Sequence record: MK599315.1
Reading direction: 5' to 3' (one strand)
DNA length: 64,000 nt
The translations under genes and the position numbers were made by a program. Below, piece by piece: positions 10,508 to 21,064 of the stretch. The notes under the pieces are model-generated. The model was not told the DNA's origin. It searched no databases and saw only the letters and a program-made list of their open reading frames with translations. The first letter of the stretch is position 1. The number at the start of each line of letters is the position of its first letter.

Positions 10508-12601
10508 ATGTCCACGTACTACAACGCTGTTCCTAAGGTTGTGTTTAACGGGATTCGAGATCGTAGCCGTCGGGCGTTCATTCGTCCCGAGATTACTTTC
10601 GCCCAACACACTCCTCTGCTTCGTCTCTTCACTGAGACTGGCCCAACTGAAACCACTTATGTAGGTGATTCCGAAGATGGCTTCGCGTCTATCTTTGGTC
10701 AAAGCTCTCTTGATCCACGCAGCAAGTATTTTAACCAGCAATCGCTGCTGGCGCTGAACCTGCTTGGTCAAGGTAACGGTTTCTATGTTAAACGCCTGAA
10801 ACCCGAAGACGCTGGTAACCCTGCTCGAATCACTGTGGCCCTGGAAATGGTCCAAGACATGATTCCTGCTTCTGTGACCCGTCTCAGTGGCTTTAACTAT
10901 CCTGATGCTGTAACTGACACTGGTAACGGTCCGATTGCTTCTGGTACCGATACTGTTGAAGGTTATCGTGCACGCATCGTTCTGATTGCTGATAACCAAT
11001 CCGAAGTGGGTACTCAACGGCGCCTGCCGGGTACCATGGTCTCCGGTATGGACGGTAGTCAGTCCACTGTATATCCGCTGTTCGAACTACCCGCTTCGTT
11101 CTTCGGTCAGCCCGGTAATAACCTGGGCATGCGTATCTGGGCACCGACTCAGCTCGATCCGGATGGCTACGATGAATTCACTGGCCAGCGCTTCAAGACT
11201 CGTCTGTATCGTGTTCAATTCGTTGAACTCATGGACGGGACAAGCACTCCGATCATCATCAAGACCAAGACCGATGAAGACTACGTCAACGTATCGTTCG
11301 ACGAAGGCGTCTGGTCGGAGCAGTATGACCGCGATCTAACCATCGATGAAGTTCTTATCGATCAGTATAACGACGACGGTATTGAGTCGGGTATGTCCCC
11401 GCTTTATAGCCCGTTCTCGCAGTGCTATGTGTATCGTGATAACGTAGAACTCGTTCGTGAGATTATCTACGACGCAGAGACCCGTGTAAACCCGGCAATC
11501 AATGCACATATCGATGCACCTGGTCAGATTGACTTCCTCACTATGCTTGGTGAAGATGGTGACCCGTATCAATCCATCAAACTGGAAGGTCCGATTGAAG
11601 GTGGTGTGCTTCTAGGTAAGAACGCTACTGTCTACGCCCAAGGCGGTAAAGACGGTACCACTACCCTGGATGAATACGTCAAGCTTGTTGACATCGAGAA
11701 TACCAATTTTGGTAAGCTTGGTGATCAGTACGAAAACGTTGCGCTCTATCAATTCGGTATCCTGTACGACACCGGTCTGCCGATGGCCTCGAAATATAAG
11801 GCAATGCAAGTATTGTCTGCTCGTCGTGACGTACAGTACTTCTTCACTACCTTTGTTGAAGGTGAGACCCGTCTTCCGACGGCATCTGAAGAAGTATCCC
11901 GTGTACAGGCTCTGATGACTCGTCTGAAGGCTTTCCCGGAAGCTACCCTGTATGGTACCCCTGTGTGCCGTGCGATGATTGTAATGCAATCTGGTAAGCT
12001 TGTTGGCGGCGGTTACAATAAGTTTGTACCGCAGTTGCTAGACGTTGCCATGATGTGGTCGCGTTATGCTGGTGCTGGCACCGGTATCCTACGTGCAGGC
12101 GCTGAAATGGACGTTGATCCGAATAACCGTGTAACCATGGTTAAGAAGCTTAACGTACCGTTCTTCAATGCTCGTACATCGGCTAACCTCTGGGCCAATG
12201 GTGCAACTTACTCTACTTCGTACGACCATCGTTCGAATTACTACCCGTGTCTACGTTCGGTATATCTGGACGACACATCGGTACTGCTTAGCCCGATCAC
12301 TGTGAATATCTGCTGCGTAATCATGCGGTTGATCCACAAGATCCATGCTAAGTTCTCGGGTAACGCTTTCCTGACTAAAGAACAGCTTGTTGAACGTTGC
12401 GACCAAGAGATCCTTGATCGTACTCGTGATCTGTTTGGTGGTCGTGTAGACGTGATCCCGCGTACCGAGATTACCGGTATTGATGAGAACAATGGCACCA
12501 GCTGGACTTGCACTGTGACTGTTGCGGCTAATAACCCGCGCACCACTCTGAACTTCCAACTGGAAACCGTTCGCCGCGAGAACGTTACCGAGCAGCAATA
12601 A
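10508..12601 (+). CDS. Tail sheath protein (phiKZ gp29-like)
   Basis: 697 aa; [16 protein letters not shown]-terminus, sheath-like C-terminus, followed by the tube gene. Confidence 0.9.
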   Translation: MSTYYNAVPKVVFNGIRDRSRRAFIRPEITFAQHTPLLRLFTETGPTETTYVGDSEDGFASIFGQSSLDPRSKYFNQQSLLALNLLGQGNGFYVKRLKPEDAGNPARITVALEMVQDMIPASVTRLSGFNYPDAVTDTGNGPIASGTDTVEGYRARIVLIADNQSEVGTQRRLPGTMVSGMDGSQSTVYPLFELPASFFGQPGNNLGMRIWAPTQLDPDGYDEFTGQRFKTRLYRVQFVELMDGTSTPIIIKTKTDEDYVNVSFDEGVWSEQYDRDLTIDEVLIDQYNDDGIESGMSPLYSPFSQCYVYRDNVELVREIIYDAETRVNPAINAHIDAPGQIDFLTMLGEDGDPYQSIKLEGPIEGGVLLGKNATVYAQGGKDGTTTLDEYVKLVDIENTNFGKLGDQYENVALYQFGILYDTGLPMASKYKAMQVLSARRDVQYFFTTFVEGETRLPTASEEVSRVQALMTRLKAFPEATLYGTPVCRAMIVMQSGKLVGGGYNKFVPQLLDVAMMWSRYAGAGTGILRAGAEMDVDPNNRVTMVKKLNVPFFNARTSANLWANGATYSTSYDHRSNYYPCLRSVYLDDTSVLLSPITVNICCVIMRLIHKIHAKFSGNAFLTKEQLVERCDQEILDRTRDLFGGRVDVIPRTEITGIDENNGTSWTCTVTVAANNPRTTLNFQLETVRRENVTEQQ

Positions 12602-12633
12602 GCTCGGTAACTACTCATTTTTGAGGAATCGAA

Positions 12634-13509
12634 ATGAAACGTTATAATGACCCGATGGCTCCTCAGTCCGGCTACGGTGCAGGTGGTTCCAAGAACACCA
12701 TCAACCTGGCTCAGGCTGGTACGGATGTCTTTCGTCCTGATCTGGCTAACCTTGCGAGTAACACTCCTTACGTTAGCCGGAACCTCGTCCCGTTCCTTCT
12801 GGAAGCTCCACGCTTCTTCCAATACGCTAGCAATAGCCGGCAACTAGTTCGTTCGCTTAAAGCCCTGGTAGAGAACCATGTTCGTACTATCGATGGTCTA
12901 CAGCAGACTGTAACTGTTGATACCGCAGAAGCTCCTTGGGGTGGTTCTGGTGAAGCCATCCAGGCTGCCACCAACGTTACCCGTGCTCGTTCGACTCCGT
13001 CGTTGGGTTGCTGGGAACTGCAAGGTCGTGCTATCCAGCGTTACCTGAAGTGGTGGATCACCTACGGTATCGGTGACGAGAATACCAAGATCCCGCGTAT
13101 CGTTGCAGAAGGTAACGTTCCGCCGGAGAAATACGATGCTACCTTCTACGGTGCCACGATTCTATTCGTTGAACCAGATCCGACTTTCCAAGACGTTGTT
13201 AGCGCATATCTCTGCACCAACATGTTCCCGCTGTCGACTGGTCAATGGGAGAGCCGTAAAGACGCCGCTCAGATCGGCCAGAACCTTGACCTCAGTATTG
13301 AGTTCTCGGCGATGACTGACGTATCTGAAGGTGTTACCATGTATGCTCGTCAACTGTTCCGTACACTGAACATTAAAGGGATGAACCCGAACGAACAACG
13401 TGGTTGGATTGAATCCATCTCTGCTGACGTACGTGCTGCCAACATTGGTCTGCGTGATCAGCTGGAGAAATCCGCTACTAACCGTGTAACCTACGATGGT
13501 GCTGACTAA
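12634..13509 (+). CDS. Tail tube / major tail protein (phiKZ gp30-like)
   Basis: 291 aa directly downstream of the sheath; strong codon bias. Confidence 0.8.
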   Translation: MKRYNDPMAPQSGYGAGGSKNTINLAQAGTDVFRPDLANLASNTPYVSRNLVPFLLEAPRFFQYASNSRQLVRSLKALVENHVRTIDGLQQTVTVDTAEAPWGGSGEAIQAATNVTRARSTPSLGCWELQGRAIQRYLKWWITYGIGDENTKIPRIVAEGNVPPEKYDATFYGATILFVEPDPTFQDVVSAYLCTNMFPLSTGQWESRKDAAQIGQNLDLSIEFSAMTDVSEGVTMYARQLFRTLNIKGMNPNEQRGWIESISADVRAANIGLRDQLEKSATNRVTYDGAD

Positions 13510-13721
13510 TGGCTAATCCCCTTAAGCTAGATGATGCTTCGACGCAAACTCCCGCTCAAGGGGGTTCCGTTGAAAGGTACAACGATTTGATCTCTGCTGA
13601 TGTCGCTGCTGAGGATAATGGTCTTTGGCATCGTATTAATCGAGTAGCTGCTTCTGTAGCTACCGATGCAGATAACATCGCTCGTGGTTTACCCGTAGAA
13701 GCAAACGCACAGTACGCTTGA
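13509..13721 (+). CDS. Hypothetical late protein
   Basis: Translationally coupled (TAATG) to the tube gene and followed by a terminator. Confidence 0.7.
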   Translation: MANPLKLDDASTQTPAQGGSVERYNDLISADVAAEDNGLWHRINRVAASVATDADNIARGLPVEANAQYA

Positions 13722-13727
13722 TATATG

Positions 13728-13752
13728 GCCCAGCTTCGGCTGGGCTTTATGT
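13728..13752 (+). terminator. Intrinsic terminator
   Basis: GCCCAGC-TTCG-GCTGGGC-TTTATGT. Confidence 0.9.
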
Positions 13753-13760
13753 CGGCTTGT

Positions 13761-13788
13761 ATTTAAATATATTAAAAACCTATATTAC
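13761..13788 (+). promoter_or_regulatory. Early (virion RNAP) promoter
   Basis: AT-rich tract followed by TATATTAC at 13781-13788, the known phiKZ early consensus. Confidence 0.85.
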
Positions 13789-13823
13789 AAATGTGAATTC
13801 AATACTACAATAGGGATCTACAA

Positions 13824-14183
13824 ATGCACCTCAATAAAGAACTTCTCAAAGAACTGTTCACTGTTATCGAAGACAATATGCGCACCAAAGGTGAGTACTT
13901 CGATAAACAAGTCCGTATCAGTACCTTCGGTGAACTGGAGATTCGTACCTTCGCCGGATCGTTCATCTTCTACAAAGCTGGTACCTCTGAACAGTATGCC
14001 ATGTTCAGCGTGGAGTTCGATGCTACTGGCAAGATCATTCGTTTCATTGCACCAGCGCTGCTGCGTGCCACTATCTACTGGGATATGGTAGAAGACGAGA
14101 ACTCAGAACCAGAATACCGTAAGGTCGATATCGAAGAGATGTTGATCAACGCTGTAACCAACCATTTCAAAACCGCTAAGTAA
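13824..14183 (+). CDS. Hypothetical early protein
   Basis: First ORF after the early promoter, with RBS. Confidence 0.8.
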   Translation: MHLNKELLKELFTVIEDNMRTKGEYFDKQVRISTFGELEIRTFAGSFIFYKAGTSEQYAMFSVEFDATGKIIRFIAPALLRATIYWDMVEDENSEPEYRKVDIEEMLINAVTNHFKTAK

Positions 14184-14194
14184 GGAACATCGAA

Positions 14195-14560
14195 ATGCGT
14201 AAACTGTTCATCGCTGTGGTATCCACTATTGCATTACAAGTCGCTGTCGCTGATCCGTTCAATCCGGTGGAATACGATGCCCAACTCTACGCTGAAATGG
14301 TAGATAGTTCTGATCTGATCTACTGTAACAAAGGTATCTGTAATTATGTCGATAATGGTGACTTGTTCACCGAGTTTGACATGCCGCCACCTGATGGTTA
14401 CACAATCGCTTTTCCTAAAGGCAAATACAGTGAACATGAAATCGACAAATATCGACCACTGTTAACTGAGTTTTATCAAACCCTGGTAGCACTGAAGACT
14501 GGTGACTGCACTGGTCCTCTGAGTGTGCAAACTAAACGTACCCTTAAATGCATACGGTGA
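14195..14560 (+). CDS. Hypothetical exported protein (signal peptide, 4 Cys)
   Basis: MRK followed by a hydrophobic core and AVA-D cleavage motif. Confidence 0.7.
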   Translation: MRKLFIAVVSTIALQVAVADPFNPVEYDAQLYAEMVDSSDLIYCNKGICNYVDNGDLFTEFDMPPPDGYTIAFPKGKYSEHEIDKYRPLLTEFYQTLVALKTGDCTGPLSVQTKRTLKCIR

Positions 14561-14563
14561 GTT

Positions 14564-14767
14564 ATGGCCATAACAATTCCCTACACCCGACTGGCTTCCT
14601 TTAAGAACCTCGATAAGAATCTACGTTGGGGTCAAGCTTTCCATAGTCACATGGAACTTCACAAAATCACCAATCCGGAAGATAAGGAGTGGTGTGATAA
14701 ACTATGGAATGCTGATGATCGGACTGCCGCTGATCTTCTCGCATCTGTAGTTGATTACAATAACTAA
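14564..14767 (+). CDS. Hypothetical protein (LRWGQAF motif)
   Basis: Operon context, RBS. Confidence 0.75.
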   Translation: MAITIPYTRLASFKNLDKNLRWGQAFHSHMELHKITNPEDKEWCDKLWNADDRTAADLLASVVDYNN

Positions 14768-14982
14768 TGATCGCTTTCGGTTTAGCTAGTCTGTTCTTTA
14801 TTGCAATGATTTTAAATATCGGATATCTCTATTCGACAAAGCAATATGAACATGAAAAGCTAGCTGGGTGTGACTCAGTTACATTGAAACGATCTAAGTG
14901 GTGGATACGCGTATTCAAAGGCGGGAGAAATACATTACTCGCTTTGTTCGTTGTAATCCTGGCAGACCACTTATTCAAGTAA
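14767..14982 (+). CDS. Small membrane protein (2 TM)
   Basis: Hydrophobic N- and C-terminal segments. Confidence 0.7.
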   Translation: MIAFGLASLFFIAMILNIGYLYSTKQYEHEKLAGCDSVTLKRSKWWIRVFKGGRNTLLALFVVILADHLFK

Positions 14983-14987
14983 CACGA

Positions 14988-15030
14988 CATAAGCCCTCTC
15001 CTTCAGGAGAGGGCATTTATGTTTTTTTTT
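14988..15030. terminator. Bidirectional terminator
   Basis: CATAAGCCCTCTCC-TTCA-GGAGAGGGCATTTATG followed by a T-run. Confidence 0.9.
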
Positions 15031-15032
15031 CT

Positions 15033-16277
15033 TTACCTGGAATAATAATTCCTGGTCATAGCTCGAAGAATAATGTAAAGCATGATCCCAGTACGGGTAG
15101 CTGCAATAACAGCCGGGTTCTTAATCTTCGTTGCTTCTTTCACCATTGCTTCACCGGTGTCCCGCATAAAGAGTACACGTGGATCTTCTGAACGCGAAGC
15201 CATCAGCTTAGCACGGATCTTCACGATAATACCGTTTAGGTCGGTATTACGCTGTACAGAGGTTTTAATCGACTGCATGTAGTCAAACGCGTAGAGCAGA
15301 CATTCATCAACTAGTTTCTCTAGATGACCCATTCTCGGTTGACCATAATTTCGCGACATGTACTGTAGCGATTCCACTAGAAGCTTTGGAGGCATAGCTG
15401 CCATTGAGTTCTCAATCACACCCAACAGCTCAGGTCTAATAAAGTTCTGTTCGTTGTTAACAACACCATGCATGTAGCGAAGATAACCCGAATAACCGTT
15501 AACTTTATCTCTTAGTATTTGATCTCCATCAGTATTGACACCAATGTCAGAGGTCATAACCAATCTAGAACCAGATTGTAAAGTACGGATATAAACTTCG
15601 TAGTATTTATTGATCAATTCACGAATACGTGACTGCGTGTCAGTTACAACGCGTTTCGACATATAGCCGTCTTTATCCTCGATCTTATCATGAAGATACG
15701 AGTAATAAATATTCGAAGTGTCGTTCGAAGAAATCCCCTCGGAACGTTCACGAATTAATTTTCCCCAACTACCAATAGCTTTAATATCAAACTTGTAGTT
15801 AAGGGCAGCAAATGTCGCTTCGGCCACTTCACGCCTAGCCGGATATTTAAATCGTCTAACCAATAGAGATGTTAGATATTTAAAATGTAGCACCATGAAA
15901 GCGCATGTAATTGCTTCTTGTTTGATATTCAACGGAATGTCATTACGTTTATTCAGTTGGATCGTAAGATAACCTGGAATATGGTTGAATGGATCAGATG
16001 CCACAATGTGTGTAGGATCGATACCTTCAGCTTTAACGAAATCGTGACGGAGTAGATCGTCATCTACACGTAGCACGTCATCAAACCAAATCTCACGGTC
16101 AGTATCATAGAAGCGAACTTCTTGAACACCTAGAAGAACTCCACCAAAAAATGCAGAGTGATCTTCATTACGGTTCATGTAACGGACGGTGTAGTCGATG
16201 ATTCGTTTGCAAAGGTCTCGGTCAAACTTGACATCTTCGAAATGCTTGTCAAGAACTTGACGAATAGTGAGAGCCAT
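15033..16277 (-). CDS. Conserved virion-associated protein (phiKZ gp32-like)
   Basis: 414 aa; size and synteny. Confidence 0.7.
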   Translation of the reverse strand: MALTIRQVLDKHFEDVKFDRDLCKRIIDYTVRYMNRNEDHSAFFGGVLLGVQEVRFYDTDREIWFDDVLRVDDDLLRHDFVKAEGIDPTHIVASDPFNHIPGYLTIQLNKRNDIPLNIKQEAITCAFMVLHFKYLTSLLVRRFKYPARREVAEATFAALNYKFDIKAIGSWGKLIRERSEGISSNDTSNIYYSYLHDKIEDKDGYMSKRVVTDTQSRIRELINKYYEVYIRTLQSGSRLVMTSDIGVNTDGDQILRDKVNGYSGYLRYMHGVVNNEQNFIRPELLGVIENSMAAMPPKLLVESLQYMSRNYGQPRMGHLEKLVDECLLYAFDYMQSIKTSVQRNTDLNGIIVKIRAKLMASRSEDPRVLFMRDTGEAMVKEATKIKNPAVIAATRTGIMLYIILRAMTRNYYSR

Positions 16278-16311
16278 GGTTATACCTCTTTGATTAATCA
16301 GATCATTGCGC

Positions 16312-16337
16312 TAAAAAATATCTTAGATCTATATTAC
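16312..16337 (+). promoter_or_regulatory. Early promoter
   Basis: AAAAAATATCTTAGATC-TATATTAC (16330-16337). Confidence 0.85.
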
Positions 16338-16376
16338 ATGCAAGCTAAACATTCCGTTAAAAAGAGGTTTTGCAAT

Positions 16377-17381
16377 ATGTCCAATGTTGTTGTAAAAGAA
16401 GAAGCTGTAAAACACGAAGAACCCAAATTCACCTGGGAAAACTGGTCAGCTAAATATGTTGGTCTTGATCTGATCGAACCTGGTGTTCATGGTAATCTAC
16501 TAGTCAGCGATTGGTATAACGCTGGTTATGAACAATCCCAAGTTTCTGTAAATCAATGCCCGAAGCTGAGCCAGTACATCTTCGATCTCAATACCCGTAA
16601 GATGATTGGCACTATTGGAATCGTACGTAAATACGATGGTGGTTTCTATGGCTTTGGTGAAGAGGGTGGTTACCACGACCCTTACCGTAATTACAGTGAC
16701 AGCATTGTTCTACGTGATGTCGATTTCACGAAAGTATCTGTGAGTAAAGAGCTGTCAATGCTTTATGGCGAGTATGCCGAAAAGAGTCCAGCTGGTAGTG
16801 AACTACTGACACTGCTGGCTAAAGTATCGGGTGAACTAACTGGTAAAGGCTACGCTCTGAATTACCTACACTCCGAGCAACAAGCAGACCGCTGTATTGA
16901 TACGAAGCCTTACGCCCGTGTGCGGATAGATTATACCGGTGACGATGTAATGGTACAACTCGATTCCACCATTGGTGAAGCCGCAAATGGTTTCGTTGAT
17001 AAGTTGGCTCCCCTGTATCCTGACAATCTGTATGTTCTTGAAAACTACAGTTATTCGCATCGGCGTGTGGATGTCGTTAGTCAGGTTGGTGGCATTCTTA
17101 AACGTAAGTACACAATTTGTCATTTTGGTCATTACCCTGCAATCGACCAGCAAACGGCATTCGTTGAACCTCTTACTCAGGAGCGTATTGAACAACTGAT
17201 AGTTAGTTACGGAAATCAGTCTCCTAGTGTTAATGCCAAAGAAATCATGGATACTCTCCATGCTCTCGGTGCCACTAAACTGGTATCTGTTTCTAAGTCC
17301 ATTCGTCATTACGAGACTGTCATTAGTCTCCGTGCCTTTGACGATAACAAAGACGAAATAACCATCACCATTGATTTCTAA
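16377..17381 (+). CDS. Hypothetical early protein
   Basis: Start moved to ATG 16377, downstream of the promoter and GAGG RBS. Confidence 0.8.
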   Translation: MSNVVVKEEAVKHEEPKFTWENWSAKYVGLDLIEPGVHGNLLVSDWYNAGYEQSQVSVNQCPKLSQYIFDLNTRKMIGTIGIVRKYDGGFYGFGEEGGYHDPYRNYSDSIVLRDVDFTKVSVSKELSMLYGEYAEKSPAGSELLTLLAKVSGELTGKGYALNYLHSEQQADRCIDTKPYARVRIDYTGDDVMVQLDSTIGEAANGFVDKLAPLYPDNLYVLENYSYSHRRVDVVSQVGGILKRKYTICHFGHYPAIDQQTAFVEPLTQERIEQLIVSYGNQSPSVNAKEIMDTLHALGATKLVSVSKSIRHYETVISLRAFDDNKDEITITIDF

Positions 17382-17390
17382 GGAGTTATC

Positions 17391-18017
17391 ATGTCTCAAC
17401 CAACCCTGCGTAATGAAGATGTAACTTTCAAATCCCCAAGTAAGTCTGACGTTGTCGCACTGTATCTGGATGGAATGATGCGCAATGTTGGTTCCCGCTG
17501 GAAGTATGAGCAAGATGGGAACGTATTCCGTTTCTTGATTAATGGTGAGTATGCCAGTGACTGCATTGAAGTTTACGATAGTTCGACTATCGAAATTCCC
17601 ATGTCCGCGGTTGATCTAACTCCCACGGAAATTCATCGCCTTTGGTTAGGCTCTGGTAGCATGTCTACCTTTGCATTGTCTAAAGCGATGGCTGTCATCA
17701 CGGATATCGAGATCACCGCAAATAGTCTTCACCAGAAGACTGCTGTTCGAGCTCGATTCAGTTATGATGAACTCTCTGAAACTCATTACATCCAATGCCA
17801 GAACGTTCTGTTCGTTGTAAAGGCATATGTGGATGAGACATACATGATTCCGAACGAGGCTGTGTTTGCTTACATGTCAAATGTAGCTGAACGTGAGATG
17901 GACGAGACTGATATCATCCGTCTGAAGCTGGATAAAGGTCTTCTTGTCATTGAACTTAATGGGGTTGATTTCAAAACAATGCTCTGGCCAGAAGCATTCG
18001 TTAAAGTGTTTGGATAG
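17391..18017 (+). CDS. Hypothetical early protein
   Basis: AAGGAG RBS; operon context. Confidence 0.8.
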   Translation: MSQPTLRNEDVTFKSPSKSDVVALYLDGMMRNVGSRWKYEQDGNVFRFLINGEYASDCIEVYDSSTIEIPMSAVDLTPTEIHRLWLGSGSMSTFALSKAMAVITDIEITANSLHQKTAVRARFSYDELSETHYIQCQNVLFVVKAYVDETYMIPNEAVFAYMSNVAEREMDETDIIRLKLDKGLLVIELNGVDFKTMLWPEAFVKVFG

Positions 18018-18020
18018 TTC

Positions 18021-18140
18021 ATGTTAGAGATTGGTGAAATTCGACATGAAGTAATTGGTGAGTTCATAAAGGTCGAGAGGACACATGTTGTCCTCCCTGA
18101 CTATCTTGAATCTCTTCTCGACCAGGCATTGTTAGATTAA
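18021..18140 (+). CDS. Small hypothetical protein (39 aa, not in the ORF track)
   Basis: MLEIGEIRHEVIGEFIKVERTHVVLPDYLESLLDQALLD fills the gap exactly. Confidence 0.5.
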   Translation: MLEIGEIRHEVIGEFIKVERTHVVLPDYLESLLDQALLD

Positions 18141-18181
18141 TCGCACCGCACTCCCTTCGGGGAAGACTTTAGAGAACACAG

Positions 18182-18565
18182 ATGAATATTCAAATTAAAC
18201 CTGTGACGTATTCTGACATCGAAGCGTATTTGAATAAGTACGCTGAAAAGGAACTTCCCTTTTATTTAGAGCCAGTCGTAGATCTAGATAGTATTAAAAC
18301 TTTGTTAACAAAGCCATCCTTCCGCATTGGTCGGAAAGCCTACGGAGCATTTTTGGATGGTGAAATTCTGGGCTACGCCATTGTACTGGAACCGAGCCAT
18401 ACACTTGACCTTATTCACGTGGCAAGCAAAGCTCGCGGTAAAGGTCTTGGTAAAGCACTGCTGAAACACACCAAAGTCACCAACACCGTTGTTAACAAGA
18501 ACAACAAAGAAGCGATTGCTCTTTATCGTAAACTCAATATCCGTATAGAGTTCGATGATGAATAA
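18182..18565 (+). CDS. GNAT-family acetyltransferase
   Basis: HVASKARGKGLGKALL (acetyl-CoA motif A) and N.EAIALYRKL (motif B). Confidence 0.85.
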   Translation: MNIQIKPVTYSDIEAYLNKYAEKELPFYLEPVVDLDSIKTLLTKPSFRIGRKAYGAFLDGEILGYAIVLEPSHTLDLIHVASKARGKGLGKALLKHTKVTNTVVNKNNKEAIALYRKLNIRIEFDDE

Positions 18566-18673
18566 ATACTGAGATCCAGTATTTAATACAGGTTAGATTT
18601 CCCTGTTGTCTATTTTGCATGAACGTTGCAAACGTTTTTTTGCATTCCGCAAAGACAACATAAAGGTGAAATC

Positions 18674-19021
18674 ATGTACTTCGGTAATTTTGAAAATGAG
18701 CAAGATGTAATTTCTGAGTTCGGTCTGACTAATGGTGAACTTGATAATGCTACCATTCTTTTTGCGTGGTATGAATACGAGGATTACTCGGGTAGTGCTT
18801 TCGTGCTCTTTGAGCGCGATGGTAAATACTACGAGGTCCACGGTTCACATTGCAGCTGCTATGGGCTCAGTCCGGGCAGTGGTGGCGATAATCAATGGGA
18901 TCCTGAAGAATGTTCCGTAGAGTCCCTGAAAAAGACTACTCAGAATAGCTACTACCTCCATGGGGTTCGCCCCGCTTGGGAGAAGTTTCTTGCTTCCCTG
19001 GATGAACAGGTGAAATCTTAA
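18674..19021 (+). CDS. Conserved phage hypothetical protein (YSGSAFVLF...GSHCSCYG)
   Basis: AAGGTG RBS before ATG 18674; widespread phage motif. Confidence 0.75.
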   Translation: MYFGNFENEQDVISEFGLTNGELDNATILFAWYEYEDYSGSAFVLFERDGKYYEVHGSHCSCYGLSPGSGGDNQWDPEECSVESLKKTTQNSYYLHGVRPAWEKFLASLDEQVKS

Positions 19022-19025
19022 CCTG

Positions 19026-19070
19026 GCATTAGCCTCTCCCGAAGGAGAGGCTATATGTCGCCTTTTTCTT
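19026..19070 (+). terminator. Intrinsic terminator
   Basis: AGCCTCTCC-CGAA-GGAGAGGCT followed by ATATGTCG and T-runs. Confidence 0.85.
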
Positions 19071-19108
19071 TTATCATGTGAACGCCAAATATAATTGAAG
19101 AGGTGCGT

Positions 19109-19870
19109 ATGAGTTGTTGTGCTCAGAGAGAAATCCCGGATACATCGATTGACCTGGATGGATTAGGTAGCGATTGTGATGTTTGGGCCCATCTCAAAGA
19201 CATGTTTGATTATCTCAAAGAAGAACGAGCTGGTGCCATTCCATGTGATATGACCCGGTATAGCGTTCAACATTCTTTGGTTGATGCCATGACGTACTTA
19301 TTCGTTATCACCGATCATCTGACTGGTGAAACGATTGAATACACCGTTGTAAAAGAATTTACAAAAGAAGGCCCGCAGGAAGCGTTTGAACGCGATTATC
19401 GTGAAAGAGAGCTACGGTATAACCGTGGTATCGTTCGCGCACTAGAGGATCATTTAGAGGCCCTACAAGAAGCATATCCGGATGATGGATATAAGCTTCG
19501 GAGGACCAAAGATGGTTATCGTATTTTCCGACCAATCCAAAAAGATTTGGGTGTTGTTGTATTCAAGGTAGATTATGAAGTTGAAGATGGTCCTGTGATC
19601 ATGCCTAGAATTGCATCAGCAACAGAATTTCCGGATGTCCCCGGTGAGCTTGGTAGATCTATTGAACTACTGATTAAACGTTTTAGTAAACTCGGGGTCG
19701 TGTTCGAGGAAGAAGTGAAAGACGAACACGTAAATGATTACCGTGAAGTATCGTTAACTGGACGCGCATTCCGATCTCCATGGAACCACATGAAGATTAC
19801 GATCAGTTATCAAGAGATCGCGTTGGATGATGACAAACTTCGCCGTTATCACGAATATTACACAATCTAA
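19109..19870 (+). CDS. Hypothetical protein
   Basis: GAGG RBS; long ORF. Confidence 0.75.
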   Translation: MSCCAQREIPDTSIDLDGLGSDCDVWAHLKDMFDYLKEERAGAIPCDMTRYSVQHSLVDAMTYLFVITDHLTGETIEYTVVKEFTKEGPQEAFERDYRERELRYNRGIVRALEDHLEALQEAYPDDGYKLRRTKDGYRIFRPIQKDLGVVVFKVDYEVEDGPVIMPRIASATEFPDVPGELGRSIELLIKRFSKLGVVFEEEVKDEHVNDYREVSLTGRAFRSPWNHMKITISYQEIALDDDKLRRYHEYYTI

Positions 19871-19879
19871 GGATTTAAC

Positions 19880-20152
19880 ATGACAACACAATTTGAAGTT
19901 ACCTTGGAAGAAATAAAAGCCGAACTAGGTACCCCTCTAGAAATCGTTCCAATGGTCCTACATAAGCTTTTTCAACTTCCCTATGACTTACCCTATCCAA
20001 GTAAGATTCTCTTCGAAGAACAACGTCTGGAGAGCAATAAACCACGTCTACTGATCCGTAATAAAGATAGTATCGTAATTGGTATTGCTTTAGAACCTAC
20101 AGTTGACAAAGCCTCTATCTTAACTTACATTAAGAAGCTGCTCCCACAGTAA
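19880..20152 (+). CDS. Hypothetical protein
   Basis: AAGGA RBS. Confidence 0.75.
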   Translation: MTTQFEVTLEEIKAELGTPLEIVPMVLHKLFQLPYDLPYPSKILFEEQRLESNKPRLLIRNKDSIVIGIALEPTVDKASILTYIKKLLPQ

Positions 20153-20191
20153 TGGATCTTCGCCCATGGGTTGAACGCGAGTAATATAAAC

Positions 20192-20216
20192 GCCTCCCTT
20201 CGGGGAGGCTTTATGT
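20192..20216 (+). terminator. Intrinsic terminator
   Basis: GCCTCCC-TTCG-GGGAGGC-TTTATGT. Confidence 0.9.
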
Positions 20217-20220
20217 TGTA

Positions 20221-20242
20221 TTTGTTTTTAAATCTATATTAC
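20221..20242 (+). promoter_or_regulatory. Early promoter
   Basis: TTTTTAAATC-TATATTAC (20235-20242). Confidence 0.85.
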
Positions 20243-20276
20243 TAAAATGATATTCAATCACTAAATAGGAGTTACG

Positions 20277-21062
20277 ATGAGCAATATTGATTTTAGTTTT
20301 AACGCAAAAGAATTAGGGCTCACCAAAAACCATCTAGACACCATCTGGTTCGATATTACAGGTAATGGCGCCTTGGATGCGTACAACATCCGTGTACAGG
20401 TGGAAAGCCACAGTGGTTGGAGTAAACCAACTGTCACGTTCGAAGGACGAGATCGTTCTTACTTGAACGTACGTGGATTGAATTCTTCTTTCAATGAGGA
20501 ATCGTACGTTGCCCATGTTAAGTCTTTGTTGCGTGACGTTTACATTGAAAAATGTGGGTGGATCGAACAACGTATTCAACGTGCGTATCGTGATGTAGTA
20601 GATGAGTTCTCTGACCGTGGCTTCTTGTCTAATACTACTGGTGTGTACCAGGTGATTACAGACGCCTCTGATAAACCGGTTAATTTCCAGATCATGGGTT
20701 TGGTATCGTCCTATGTATTTGGTGATCTCGATGAAGAGACTGATTCTATTCGTAAACTGGAAAACAATAATGTCTTACATTATCCGCAATGGGTTCGTCC
20801 AGAGGTTCTGCGTTTTGCGGAGGTAGCTAAACGACGGCTTGAATGGTTGACTGGTAGCAAGAGTGTCAAATCGTTCGTACACGTAATGAAAAACGATGCG
20901 AATGAATACACCCGTTCTGTTGTTATCGCAGTTGATGATGTCGAAAGTATCTATCATGGAGTTGCAGTTGGATTCATGATGCATCCTATCCGTTACTTTG
21001 ATATGGATAGGCTGGCTTGGGATCCTAAGTTTGTCTCCATGATCAAGCTTAGTAATCGTTAA
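20277..21062 (+). CDS. Hypothetical early protein
   Basis: AGGAG RBS; single-gene unit between promoter and terminator. Confidence 0.8.
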   Translation: MSNIDFSFNAKELGLTKNHLDTIWFDITGNGALDAYNIRVQVESHSGWSKPTVTFEGRDRSYLNVRGLNSSFNEESYVAHVKSLLRDVYIEKCGWIEQRIQRAYRDVVDEFSDRGFLSNTTGVYQVITDASDKPVNFQIMGLVSSYVFGDLDEETDSIRKLENNNVLHYPQWVRPEVLRFAEVAKRRLEWLTGSKSVKSFVHVMKNDANEYTRSVVIAVDDVESIYHGVAVGFMMHPIRYFDMDRLAWDPKFVSMIKLSNR

Positions 21063-21064
21063 GG

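Noticed and set aside
16158-16376. Long N-terminal extensions from the ORF track (also 47526, 59627, 28282, 24931, 18626)
   Set aside because: They overlap opposite-strand genes, promoters or terminators; downstream starts have proper RBS.
20152-20184. 10-codon ORF MDLRPWVERE coupled to the upstream stop
   Set aside because: Too short to distinguish from chance, and no independent RBS.
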